Assembly (NCBI GenBank): GCA_003971905.1
Contig: RSEE01000020.1
Coordinates: forward strand, 434,001-498,000
From: Moniliella sp. 'wahieum'
Taxonomy: Eukaryota
Direction of reading: 5' to 3'
DNA: 64,000 nt
How positions within the stretch are numbered: the first letter of the stretch is position 1; each line of letters opens with the position of its first letter. A program made the translations under genes and the position numbers. The notes beneath the pieces were generated by a model, which was not told where the DNA came from, did not search any database, and worked only from the letters and a program-made list of their open reading frames with translations. Below are positions 49,963 through 61,691 of the stretch, one piece after another.

Positions 49963-52186
49963 TCACGCTTTGGGCGCTGCCCCTGGAGCACCTTTTTCCG
50001 TCACGTCACGCAAGAGGTGGAGCGCCTTGACGACGTTTGGACAAACGCTGATGTCGACGCAGTGGAGCGCTTGGCCTCAATCCCAAACTTGAGCAGCTTC
50101 GAACCAGCAAGGTAGTTGCACCCGTACCCATCTGGATAGCCCGCACCAAAGCCCGTACCGGCAATGCGGTCTCCCGCACTCAAGCCCGAAGTGGACAAGG
50201 TCCAGGTCTGGCTCGCCCCCAACGCTTCGTCCGCCAAGAGCGCTGGGACGGGACCGTCGCGCGTCGGATCAAACACCAGTCGTAACCCCGTAATGTGACG
50301 GTCAATTCCCTTGCCAAAGCTCGCGTTGCGGGTCTGGACCGTGTGCGCCGTGCAGGCCTTGACCAGGCGCTCGTACAACTTGGCAGGATCTGTCCCGTCG
50401 CCCCGGACGAGGTCACGGACAAACTCGTAGCTCTCAATCGAAAACGACCGAATCACATCCGTCCGTCCGTTCTTGAAGAATCGCGTAGAGGCCGTCTCGT
50501 AAGTCGGCGTCTGGCTGCCATAGTCAAGGCCATAGCTACTTGAAGCACCGTTTGAAGGTAGGCGTCGGGGCTGACCTTGGCTACCTTCTTGATCCACTCT
50601 GCGCCGTACTCGTCAAACCAAAGCACCCGCGCATCACTTTCGACCGCCATGGCCAGCGCCTTGCGTGTCGATTGGTCAATCGCCTGGGTTAGGTTGGCGT
50701 CCAGATCAAAGTCTCTCCGTACAAACGTGGCCGAGGCGAGCGACATGTCTTCCTTGGTTGTCAACGGCGACTCGGGGAAAGGCTGGTGGGCGGCGTAGCA
50801 GGAATGGCGGAAGCATAGTCCGACATGATACCAGGGATCAGAGCATCCACCGGCGAGTGTTCCCCCATGATCCCGGCCCGTCCGTTGGGCTCCACAATAA
50901 GGTCAAAGATTTATCAAACCATCGGTTGTGGCCACCGCGACCCGTGCCATTCTCGTTGCGCGCATGCGCATCAATCCATCTCGGCGACGCTGCTACCCCT
51001 TGCCCAGTTCCCTCGGGAGAAGGCAAGATCGATGTATCAATAGCCAGGGCAAATAGCGAACGTTGATCGACTGAACCGATTCCACTTCTGCTCCGACACA
51101 CGTAACAGTTCCTCCCGCTTTACTGCCCATGTGTCCCGTTCGTCGCTGCTCAGCACCCCTACCCCAGGACCATCGGGACGCGTCTTGGCGTCGGCCACTA
51201 GCGCTTTGAGCCCCTCCTCAATCGCCCCGGGGGTCAGGATCTTGCCTGTGGCAGGGTCGATGACTTGCAGCTCGTAGTAATTGTTGCGGATGGACACGGT
51301 GATAAAGTAGGCAGGAGGGTCAGATGCGACCGCTTGAGCCGCAGGCACAGTAGGGGGGCAGGACGTGTGTTCCAATCGTGCGGCAGCGCCGGGATGCGCG
51401 TCACACCATACACATTGGCGTATTGGTGCATGCAGAACGGCCCGGCGCGCGTTACATCCGGAGCAAGCGTTTCCGCATCTAGGCGCAGCTTGAACTCGAC
51501 GTAACGCCATGTCAGCCAAGCTGCCCGTCGCAGTCCCACGTCCAACTGGTCCCAGTTGGCTGGGCCGAGGAGCGCACTCGTGTCAATGGGCGTCTCCGCC
51601 GACGTTGTGGCTAGATCAGCGAGCGAGACAGAGGGATCACCGGCATGTGCGATATCAGCCTGTGACTGCAGGTTGGAATCGGGCGCGAACATGAACCACC
51701 AGTTGGAATTGATCAGGAGCGGGACCCGCCACTCATGATACGCCTTTTGGAGCCAGTACCGGTCGTCCAACCAGTTATTGGGGGTCGAAGCATCAACATC
51801 GTACAAACGTAGCTGAAGGGTATGCGCAATGCTCTTGTCGGACAAGAACTCTTCGGCCCAAGCCTTACGTTTGGCCAGTTCCGAAGCGGCGGTCGCCCCG
51901 GGAGGCAACTTGCCCAGTTCCTCCTGTTGGGCAAAATAGGCTCGAGAGACTTGAGATACTTTGTCACCGTCTGCTCGAGCGGTGGGATAGGGAGGCGAGG
52001 TAGACCGCGTTGGTACTGGAATGTGCTGGCTGCCGTCTTGTCATCGGGACGGACGCGCGTGGGGAAACGCAGACGGGCAACATGCGCCTGGTGAAAGAGG
52101 CGGGTGGGGGCGGGAGCAAAGGAGCGAAGGACGTTCGGCCGGGCTGCCAGGCCAGAGGATGAGGTGGCTGCAACGACCGACAACAT
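49963..52186 (-). CDS. Carnitine O-acetyltransferase with mitochondrial-type presequence
   Basis: TFQYQRGLPRLPIPPLEQT, NWLDDRYWLQKAYHEWRVPLLINSNWW, PFCMHQY, HNRWFDKSL, GEHSPVDA (catalytic His), SPDAYLQ, TYETASTRFFKNGRTDVIRS, GKGIDRH, LSTSGLS, GFGAGYPDGYGCNY. Confidence 0.92.
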
Positions 52187-52645
52187 GGCGACGGGCGAGG
52201 GCGGTGGTGGTGGTGGTGGCAGTGGTGGAGATGGCGACGGCGGTGGAAGGGGCGGCGACTGGGTTCCCTGTGAGCCAGCAGGGAGGAGCAGGTGAGCGCC
52301 GGTGAGCACCGGCAGCGGCAGCGAGCGACCACCACTCGGCCCGACCGGTCCGGCGGCGGTCGTCAGTGGGCGCTAAAGGGCGCACAACGCAGTGTGAAAG
52401 TCGCCCGTGTACGTAATCGGCAGCACGTGCCGCGCACTCCCGCCTATGGCTCTGATTAATGATTCCTGTGCTCCACACCTCCACGCCCAGGCGAGCTGTC
52501 CTTCCAGCTCCACCCACGTGCACGCGGAGATCGATGCCGAGCACGAGGTGGCGGCCAACGCGCATGTTTGTCTATTCAGCTCCTGCTTCCCCCTTGTTCC
52601 GATCGTTTGCATGAAGGAAGAGCCATACCACTTCAACAGGTGCCA

Positions 52646-53722
52646 CTACAGTTCCATCTCAACGTCGTCCTCCGCCGGAGCAGTCGCCGGCGGGGCCGCT
52701 GGCGCCGACACCTCGACCGGATCCGCCCCCGCTCCCGAGGTCGCAGCCTGTGCCCCAGAGGCCTCCGTCTGCGCCCCAGAAGTCGTCGTCTCCGTCTCAT
52801 TCGCTTGCGGCTCACGCCCCACAGGCGGAGCATTCATGAATGCATCCAGCTCCGCATCCAGGTCATCCTTGGTAGTGGGTTGACGCCGCTCCCGATTGCT
52901 ACGGGGAGCACGGGCTCCCGCACGGCCCCCTTGGCCGCACGGCCGCCGCGACCTCCATCATCACCACGTGCATCACGGCGGCCGCGGCGGCCACGGCCGT
53001 CCTTCCCTTCCTCTTCGTGAAAGCGGTCACGCAGGCCCCGCCGGTCTTCCTCCCGCGTTGCGAGGCGGGAGTTTAGATCGGGTCCGGCCAAGCGGGAGTC
53101 CAGCCCATCCCACGGCCATTGTTGAAGCGGCCATTTGGTGAGCGGGAGCGGGAACGGCCATGGCCACGACCATAACGACCTTGTCGTCTGTTCTGATCAA
53201 AGGCGACATGGATCGTCTGTCCCTTGGCCTTGGCGCCGTTAAACTCCGAAACAGCCCGTTCCGCATCAGACAGTTGGACCATAGTTACAGTCGCCTTTCC
53301 TGTCGACCGGCCTGAGCGGTCAAACTAGGGAACAAAATTAGCTAGGGGGTTCGCAAAAACGGAACTATTCCCAAATAAGGCACGTACTTCGATCTGTGGT
53401 CCCGCTTCGACAGGACCAATTCCCTGGAATAAGCCCTTGAGCTCAGACTCGGTCACCTCGTAGTGCAAGTTGGTGATGCTCAGGTGCCGCGAAGCTCTGG
53501 GATCGCGCGGGTCGTGTAGGTCATGGCTCCACGTGCCGTCAGAGCGCCCAACTCGTTGCTTCGGGGACACCGGGCGGATCAGTACTAGCGCAGGAGCGAG
53601 CAGCAGAACAGACGAACCGATTCAGGATCGTTGTAGGGGTTTCGGTATTGGCGAGGGGCCCGACTGCGACCGCCAACAAGACTGCCAACCGAGCGGGAAT
53701 ACTTTTCGTTGTGGTCCCCCAT
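52646..53722 (-). CDS. RRM RNA-binding protein, YRA1/THOC4 (ALYREF)-like
   Basis: DGTWSHDL, LSITNLHYEVTESELKGLF..IGPV, |FDRSGRSTG.A.V, DAERAVSEFNGAKAKGQTI, RG-rich linker, C-terminal TKDDLDAELDAFM motif. Introns 53617-53559 and 53387-53325. Confidence 0.8.
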
Positions 53723-54890
53723 GTCTGCACAGCGAAGGCAAGACGTAGACGGGATGCGGGAGGGTGGATGAGGGAGAAGGAGATGGTCGCCTGTCCAGTC
53801 CGCCCAGGTTGTCCCATTCCAGCTGACTGCGTCCTTCGGGGCCAAGAAAGCAGATGATGTAATCACTGTCACGTGCCGGTAATGTGTGCGGGGGCTGGTA
53901 ATTTGACGTCGTGGACTGGACGTCGTTATATATACTGAGAGGATGGAAGGGGATCAGGCGCCACCGTCTTAGGATGCGCCTCCGTGGCCCTCGAACGTCG
54001 TTAATGGATCCCTCGCTACCATCCACTCTCCCTCTCTCAAGAAGCGTGCGATTGTTCATGATGCGTGGCGTAGTAAGCCAGCCAAATTACGGCCGCTTTC
54101 GTGTCCGCTCCCGCATTTGTTGTGTTTTCTGTCCCCCGTCCTTTTCCTTTTGCAACACCCTGTGACCGCCTTGCCCTCGCTTGGTTCAATCTCAGCTTGC
54201 AGAGTGTTAGGTATCACGTACAGGTGCTACGCTGTGAGTGTCATGAGAGAACACGGACCTTTTTTTCCCACTTTCTGAGCTTGGTTTATCTTCATTGTTC
54301 TTGGTGTCCAAAAATACAGTATAGCCCTGCTTTATTGGATCTTCCTTCACCTCCAGTTCCCCCGCGGCGAGTTGGACTACGGACTTGGCAATACTCCCGC
54401 CATTTTGTCAACAAGGACAATACGAGCTCCATGAATTCGAAGGGTAGGCCACTTCTTCTCTCTCATCCCCTACTGTACCCCCCACCAAGCAGGCTGCAAA
54501 GGAAGCCACTGAACGCAATGAGATTGAGCACAGTAGTGCCCTCACCTGCATCTGGTTCTCTTCTACGACAACATTCATTGAAACTATTTTAAGCCCCCTA
54601 AAACGATGCTGGTCCACTGGAAAGAACGAGCTAGAGAAGCAATCTGTGGAGGAATGGGCTGTGCTCCCTCCGATGGTGGCTACTGCCCCCATCCGTATCC
54701 ACTCATTGCGGACCATTATGCCCCGTCGAGTTCGGGAACGAACGGCGACACTCAGTGTGGATGTTGATGGTTGATCAGCTAGCAACGCCACACCTAAATC
54801 TCCATGTCGGCATAACGCGTCGGGGAAGCGAGGGTGGTCACGCGTGCTTTTATATATCGGCCTTGTCAATGATCGATGATCGATGTGCAT

Positions 54891-54908
54891 GTCACGTGTC
54901 CACGTGAC
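54891..54908. promoter_or_regulatory. Inverted pair of extended E-boxes, GTCACGTG-TC-CACGTGAC, upstream of RPS10
   Basis: Two matches to the Cbf1/CDEI consensus RTCACGTG ~300 bp upstream of the RPS10 ATG. Confidence 0.5.
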
Positions 54909-55205
54909 CGACAGAGACCGCAGCCTTGCGTGGCGATTGAAATGTGAAACCCGAGAAGCAAGAGCAAGACGCGGGATCAGATCGATCATCGATCATCGCT
55001 CAGTGCTCAGTAGGGTTGAGTGGTCGATTCTCAGATAGCAGGGCGCCACTGTGTCAATTATTGCGCCATGCAAATACGGCGGGCAAGCGACGATGTGCGT
55101 CGCCGTCCGACGTCCTACTACTAACCCAAGCTCCGGGAGAAGCCAGCCGACTCGGCTTCTGTCCTGCCCTCTGTCTGCGCTACCACCGACCGATCCACTG
55201 CCACA

Positions 55206-55771
55206 ATGATCATCCCCAAGGACAACCGCAAGAAGATCTACTCGGAGCTCATCCAGGAAGGTGTCCTCGTTGCCCCCAAGGACTTCGAGATCACCCACCC
55301 TTACCTCGAGCTGCCCAACTTGCAAGTGGTCAAGGCCGCCCAGTCGCTCACCTCGCGCGGCTACCTCAAGACCCAGTTCAGCTGGCAGTGGTACTACTAC
55401 ACCCTCACCCCTGAGGTACGTACCTCCTCTCTTCCCTCTCCTTGATCTCTTTTTTACTTCCTCCCCCCCTTGCGCCTACCTATTCGTGGTGGGATCTCTT
55501 CCCTAGTGCATCATCCCTTTCGTTCTTCTTCACGCACACTTTCAACCTCTAGGGCTTGGACTACCTCCGCGAGTACCTCCACTTGCCGGCGGAGATTGTG
55601 CCTGCGACGCACAAGCGCCCGGCGCGCCCGGCCCGCGCTGGTCCCCCGACCGGTGCCCCCGGTGCGTACCGTGCCCCGCGCCCGGACCGCGGCGAGTACC
55701 GCCGTAAGGAGGAAGGTGCGCCGGGTGACTACCGCCCCCGCTTCTCGGGCGCTCGTCCCCCTCGCGAGTAA
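55206..55771 (+). CDS. RPS10: 40S ribosomal protein S10 (eS10)
   Basis: MIIPKDNRKKIYSELIQEGVLVAPKDF...PNLQVVKAAQSLTSRGYLKTQFSWQWYYYTLTPE|GLDYLREYLHLPAEIVPATHKR. Intron 55416-55552. Confidence 0.97.
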
Positions 55772-56529
55772 GCGCTTGTCCTACCCGGTAACCCTGTAGG
55801 TTGGGCGCCAGACCCTCCCCCCCCCCTCTGGGGACGCTCGTAACCCTCGGGTGCCTGACTTGCTTCCTCGTTGTGGTTGCGGTTGCCTTGGTGGGTGGGC
55901 GGTTGCTTGCCCCCCGGGTTCGAAAAGATCGCGGTAGCGCACCATGTTCGGTCGTGGTTTAGACCTGGCGCTGCCATCGGCCCCAAAACGCATGTCTGTA
56001 TCGACCATGCCATTTTTCTTCTGGCGGATTTTTGATGAGTAGGACGATAGAGGCTTGGGTAGAGATCATCGATACTTGATAAACATCCGACCACAGCGTT
56101 CCGGACCGCTCCTTGGTGCTGGGTACTGCCTCTGTGCGGTTGAGCGCCCGTGCCGGGTTTCGCCTTGGTTCTTTGGTGATGTACAGGCGTGGTCTTGTCC
56201 CTGGAGGTACACCAGGTGCAAGTGGGTCGGAAGCAGATGGGTGGCAGCTAGGGGCCGCGTTTACCTATTTCAGATCCGCCATCTCTGCTTCCGATGAATG
56301 GGGAAATCAGTACCTTCCTCCGTCCGTCGTGAACGAAAGAGGCGTTAAATGTGTTAACAATGATGGGCTGGATCTGTGCCCAACTGCGCTGGAGGGTTAT
56401 GCGAGTTACGGTAACCGGTAACACCCGAACTCGCTCGTTTTGGCCAGATACAGGATGCTCTTACCTACTAGGTGCCCGTTTGACCGTTCAACGTCAGTCA
56501 TTCTTCCCCCCTCCTTTCAACACCCAGCC

Positions 56530-56600
56530 ATCCAGCCAACCACTGAGCCAACCACTGAGCAAACCACTGAGCTAACCACTGCACCAACCACTGAGCCAGC
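56530..56600. repeat. Degenerate 12-bp tandem repeat (AACCACTGAGCC-like), about 5 copies
   Basis: aaccactgagcc aaccactgagca aaccactgagct aaccactgcacc aaccactgagcc. Confidence 0.85.
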
Positions 56601-56976
56601 CAACCAACCCGCTAACCCTCTTCCACTCGTCAATCGCAACGTCGATACAAATTACACGTCATATCGGCTGGACAGAGCAGCCACAAGAGAGAGAAACAGA
56701 GAAATGGAGAGATGGAGAGATGGAGAGATGGAGAGATGGAAAAGAAATGAGAGAATGAGAGATGGAGATGGAGTGATGGAGCGAGTCAGACAAACAGAGA
56801 CAAACTGACGGGCAAAGCTAAGAGTGAGCGATGAAGAGATGAAGCTTGAAAAGGCTCGAGGTGCCAGGCACAGGAAGGCAACAAGGCAGCGAGCAAAAAA
56901 GGGAAACAAAAGCGTGCGGGCAACCGAGGCAGGCACACTGATTTTTGGTAAGCTAACGACAAGATGGCACATGATG

Positions 56977-57030
56977 CATGAGCCACGAGTCATGAGCCAC
57001 GAGTCATGAGCCACGAGTCATGAGCCACGA
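56977..57030. repeat. 14-bp tandem repeat (CATGAGCCACGAGT)x~3.9, itself a diverged heptamer dimer (CAYGAGY)
   Basis: Read directly from the sequence. Confidence 0.92.
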
Positions 57031-57105
57031 ATGACGAGGCAGGAGAGAGACGGGATCCGCACTCGACAAGAGATGGGGTGGGATCGGATCGGATGGGATG
57101 CAAGG

Positions 57106-59462
57106 TTACAAATCGGTGTCCATCGCATCTAGGGCCATCTCATGATCCTGCTCCTGTTCCCGTTCCCGGGCTCGGTTGCGGTCCCGGTCCCGATCCAGGT
57201 CGGGATCGTGACCAAACTGTGGCGCGGTATCGGCATCAACGATGGCCTGCATTTCCTGGGTTTGTTTATGGTTGTGGCCGGGACCTCCGCCGGCCAAAGC
57301 GTGGGCTTGGATCATCTCGACGGTGCGAGGGTGACATGCGCTTTGTGAGCTTGCATCTCCGCTGCCAAACGAGCTGCACGTGCCACTTCCTCCGGCTCCA
57401 TCGTTGCCGTCGACACGACCGCTTTGCCATCCTTGCCCATCTTGGCTGAACTCCCTCCCCCATACGCATGCAGCACTTGTAACCCCAACAAACCATGCGA
57501 CCCAGAGTGAAGGTAATGGTACCGCAACCCATTCAAGTTCTTGTACGTCTTGCCACACGTACCCACCTGACATACGTACAGCATCCGTGCGTCTTCCGTC
57601 CCCCATCGCGCTTCCCACAGCGGAGGAGGCACCTGCCCCTGCCCCTGCCCCGGGTGCTGAGAACACCAACGAGGGCTGCACACCCACTGTGTTCAAAGGC
57701 ACCGTTGCTCCACTGTTTGCACCCCCAGGTCCTACCGCCGCAACGCCCGGAACAACCTTGGATCCTGGGGAGGAGGCAGCTGGCCCTGTCCCGCCTCCAC
57801 TTGGCAGCCCAGCCAGCCGACTGGACCGCCCGTGTGGACACGACCGCCTACGGGGGCCGAACCAACCGCACCCAAAGCACCGGGATGCGTAAGGCCAGGC
57901 GACGTGTGCGGTGTAGAACCTGGCGGGACTATCGTTGGCGCCCGTGGCGCTACCCCAGCACCGGCTGGCACAAGTAAATTTTGGTTGCAATGACCATGGA
58001 CCCGATGGTACTTGAGTCCGTTCATTTGCTTGTACGCCTTGTCGCACCCGACTGACGGACACTTGTAGGGTTTGTCCGCTTTGCCAGGCGCAACAAGCAG
58101 CGCGTGTGGATCCACCTCGCCTAGGTCCACAGCGCTCCCGTTCGTCCCGATTCCGGTTCCGGTTCCGGTTCGGTGCGCCCCGCCGGCGGCAGCAGCGTGC
58201 GCAGAGGTAAGCGGAAGCATGCTCAGTTTACTCGTACTGGTACTGGTACTGGTATGAGTATGGGCACTGTTCGCGTGCGGGGTGGCTGAAGTAGAGGAGC
58301 CAAAGGGGAAGGCTACGCTCCCAGTCGCAGTCCCAAACGTCCCGGTCGTCGCAGCTGCAGGTTGGCCAGCCGCGGCCCCAGTCCCAGGGAAGAATAAGTT
58401 GGGTGGCGCACAAGAAGGTAGAGCATGTTGTTCTTCCTGGGCGGGCGAGCGCAACGAAAAGCCTCCGGCCCCTAGGAATCCTGAGGTGGCACTGTGTGTG
58501 CCAAGCAAGGCGCCGGGACCAGTTGCTTCCTCAGTGGCAGCACTGCTAAATGGCGAAGCAGTACGACGCGACGCCGACAGGTGCTTCAACGAAGTGGGCA
58601 GCCCACCGTGCAAAGTGCCGGACGGGGTGGGGTTATGGAACGTGCCAAGTGCACGTTTGCGCTGGTTGACAGCGGCGAGAGCAGCTGCGTTGGCGGACAA
58701 GGGCCGGGTACCGGTCGGGTGGCATGGCGCTTGGCATGTCGCGGTAGAGGTAGCTGCGGCTACGGCTACGGCAGCTGCGGGACTGGACGGGTTGGACGAG
58801 TGGGAAGAGGAAGGCTCGGAACTAGTGTCGTCCTGTACCATCCCAGGTGGCGGTGTGTCGTCGGGATCGTCCAGACGCACATGGTGCTCCTCGTAGTGCT
58901 GCAGCAGGTCGTGCAGGTCAAGCAGGTCCAAACCACAACAGGTAAAGTTGCGGCAAAACGTAGATTCGAGTTGGTTGATCGCCCGGAGTGAGTCGGGAGC
59001 CCAGCCAGCCTGGTCCGAACCGATCGACATGCCAAACTTGGCCATCTGAGGGTCGTGCGGCCTGGAAGACGAGGAGGAGGTAAGGGTTAGGTGGACGGCG
59101 AACGGTGAACGTGCAGGAGGGACAAAAAACAAGAAAAAGACATACTCGATCATCATGCTGTCGCGGCCGTAGGACATGCCTGGACCGCCAAAGCCAGCGC
59201 CGCCGCGCCAAGACGAGGCAGAGGTGCCAGCAGCGTAGAAGCGGAAGGACTGGCCACCCATAAAGGGAGAGCGGCCGTAGGAGTTGGTCAAGGACATGGG
59301 GGCAACCGAGCCGCTGAGAGAGCCGGCGCCAAAGCTCATGGGGGTGGCAAGCGAGGACCCCAACAACGAGCCACGGCGGCCGGGAGGCAGGCTGGGGTGC
59401 GCCTCCTCGGTGGGGCGTGTGCCCCAGGTGGAGCTGGCGTGGATGGGGATGGGCGTCGGCAT
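57106..59462 (-). CDS. SFP1: Split C2H2 zinc-finger transcription factor Sfp1
   Basis: LESTFCRNFTCCGLDLLDLHDLLQHYEEHHV, DKPYKCPSVGCDKAYKQMNGLKYHRVHGHC, YVCQVGTCGKTYKNLNGLRYHYLHSGSHG. Intron 59145-59062. Confidence 0.9.
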
Positions 59463-59790
59463 CCTCCGGGACGCGGGACGGGAGGGGTGGCGGTGGCGTG
59501 GGGTGGGGTGTGGTTGGTGGGTGTGCGCTGGACGGTCGGAGAGAGCAGAGGGAGACGGCCGGGTGGGTACTCGGATTCGGTCGGCGGCTATGCAATCCAA
59601 CCAAGCACCGCACCAGAGCGCTGTGCCGCACTGGGCCCGCGCCCTTGCAGGCTGGAGCGCCCTGGGCCCCGTCGCTACTCGACTTGTCCACTCGCCTGCG
59701 TTGCGCACACTTTGCCCTAGTTGCCCTCGGGCCTAGTTGCCTAGTTGCCCCCGCCGCATTTCCAAAAAAAGTCGCGCCCAGCCGGCACCC

Positions 59791-59850
59791 CATCAGCATC
59801 ATCAGCAGCAGCAGCAGCAGCAGCAGCAGCATCAGCATCAGCATCAGCAT
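59791..59850. repeat. CAG/CAT compound microsatellite upstream of SFP1
   Basis: (CAG)n core flanked by (CATCAG)n. Confidence 0.85.
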
Positions 59851-61593
59851 CCCCACCCCCATCACCATCACCGTCTCCATCACCAGCACCACTCCGTCTG
59901 AGCACCTGCGTACCCTCGCTCTCCGCCCCTCCGCCACCGGCCACCAGCTGTCGTCACCCATTCGCCAGTACCCGCCTGGCGTCAGTATCAGTGCCACATG
60001 TCCTCGATCATCCGTCGCAGCAGTCACCCACTGGCACAGTCACATGCCACATGTCACCTGTCCCATGTCCCACGCCGACGCTTTGCCAGCTGGTCGCATG
60101 GCTGCGCCGTGCCTGGCTGCCTGGCCTGTGCTGTGTAGCCCACGTACCGCTGCAAGTGCACCACCGGCCACGGCAGTGCCACGGCAGGACGGACGCTCGA
60201 CCTCAGTCATCGCATACATCATGCATCATCCCTCGCAGGCCGGAGGGAGAACATCAAACGTCGAGCGGCGAACGCCGACCTCTGGACCCGAAGTGCCGAA
60301 GACACGTGATCGTGTGACATGTGGCATGGGATCGATGATCAAGCAATCGATGACACTGGGGAGACAGCGCGCATGGGCGGGATCTGCGATCGGAGGATCT
60401 GAGATCTGAGTCAAGATCTGAGATCGGACAGTAGAGCTGGCACAATCCAGAAGGGGGGCTGTGTAGTTGGTGCATGATCATCATGCATCATGCATGATGC
60501 AGCCGCTTGGGTACGTAGCGCTAAGGCTAAGCACACATTTGATTTGGGGCTGGAAGACTGCTGCAGTGGGAGCGTCCCGGGACTAGTGAGCTAGTGCTAC
60601 TGAGGGTCCTGAGGCCTGAGTGTGACATGAGGAAACAGTGGCCTGGTGGCTGGTCCAGTGACCTGTGACTTGATGCGGTCGAGACCCCCCGAGACCCTCC
60701 CACTGGCCACCACTCTATGTCCCACGTATATCCATGTCCATGTCCATGTCCAGTGTATTGACCAGCATCTTTTGAGCAGAATTAGTCAGAATCCTTGGTC
60801 CTAGCGGACTTTCAACGTTCAACGTTGGCGCAGGTTTGCGTTCGCTTTCGGCTTCTCGGAACTGCAATTCGGCGCAGCGTGTAAGCTTAAGCCGTAGGTG
60901 CGAACGCTGTGAGAAAACTGTCCGGCACCAGGGCATTGGGTTTTCTCTTTCCTTCTTTGTGTTTGTACTTTAGTGTGCCCTTAGGGTTAGTTTGGTATGG
61001 AAGTTTGAAGTACAATCGTTAATCGTGGCACATACGTCCTCCTCAGTTCGACAAAGCTTGAAGCAACTCGCAAAGCAACCTCCCCTCAGATCGAGCTCGG
61101 GGATACAATGGGGTGGCAAGAGCAGGAAAGGGACCTGAACGTACTGAACGTGCAAATGAGCGGGAGCGGTGGACGCCTGCACTTGGAAAGCCTGGTTTGC
61201 TACCGAGTGGCCCTTGCACCCCATACTCTGTTAATGACTGTTTAATGGTAGGACTGTGGTCAATCCCTTTAGTCTAGGCACAGATCACACTCGGAAAGTG
61301 ACAGGAAGCGGGGGAAACCTAATTCCGGGGATTACCGTGGCGCGTAATGCGTAACGTGCAAAGCAAGGGACACAAGAGAAGACAAGAGAAAAGAAGAGAA
61401 AGCAAGAGAAAGCAGGTGCAAAAAGGTGCAAACAGGAGCAAAACGGACTGAAGATTGACAGGACAGCAGGAGGGCGAGAGGGAGAAAATACAAACAAATG
61501 AGGAGTAAAGAGATTCACCGTTCAAGTTCGACGTTCGACGTTCGACGTTCAATATCATGTTCAGGAAGAATCCATGGTGGGGATCCGGATTGT

Positions 61594-61691
61594 GGATTGA
61601 GGATTGAGGATTGAGGATTGAGGATTGAGGATTGAGGATTGAGGATTGAGGATTGAGGATTGAGGATTGAGGATTGAGGATTGAGGATTGA
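61594..61691. repeat. Perfect heptamer array (GGATTGA)x14
   Basis: 14 perfect units, with degenerate units on either side. Confidence 0.97.

Noticed and set aside
49900..49965. Cryptic PTS1 by stop-codon readthrough in carnitine acetyltransferase (TGA CTG context)
   Set aside because: The in-frame extension ends ...CDSM*, which is not SKL-like, and the context is not the canonical TGA CTA. Indel errors leave slight uncertainty.
56530..57030. Short repeat arrays as a CRISPR-like locus
   Set aside because: They are head-to-tail tandem repeats with no unique spacers, there are no cas genes, and the context is eukaryotic.
55206..59462. RPS10 next to SFP1, with DBP7 and WDR59 in the same window, as a TORC1/ribosome gene cluster
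   Set aside because: These functional classes are common, and the genes are convergent or far apart and interspersed with unrelated genes. There is no evidence beyond chance.
60981..60990. TTAGGGTTAG interstitial telomeric repeat
   Set aside because: Fewer than two full units, which is expected by chance.
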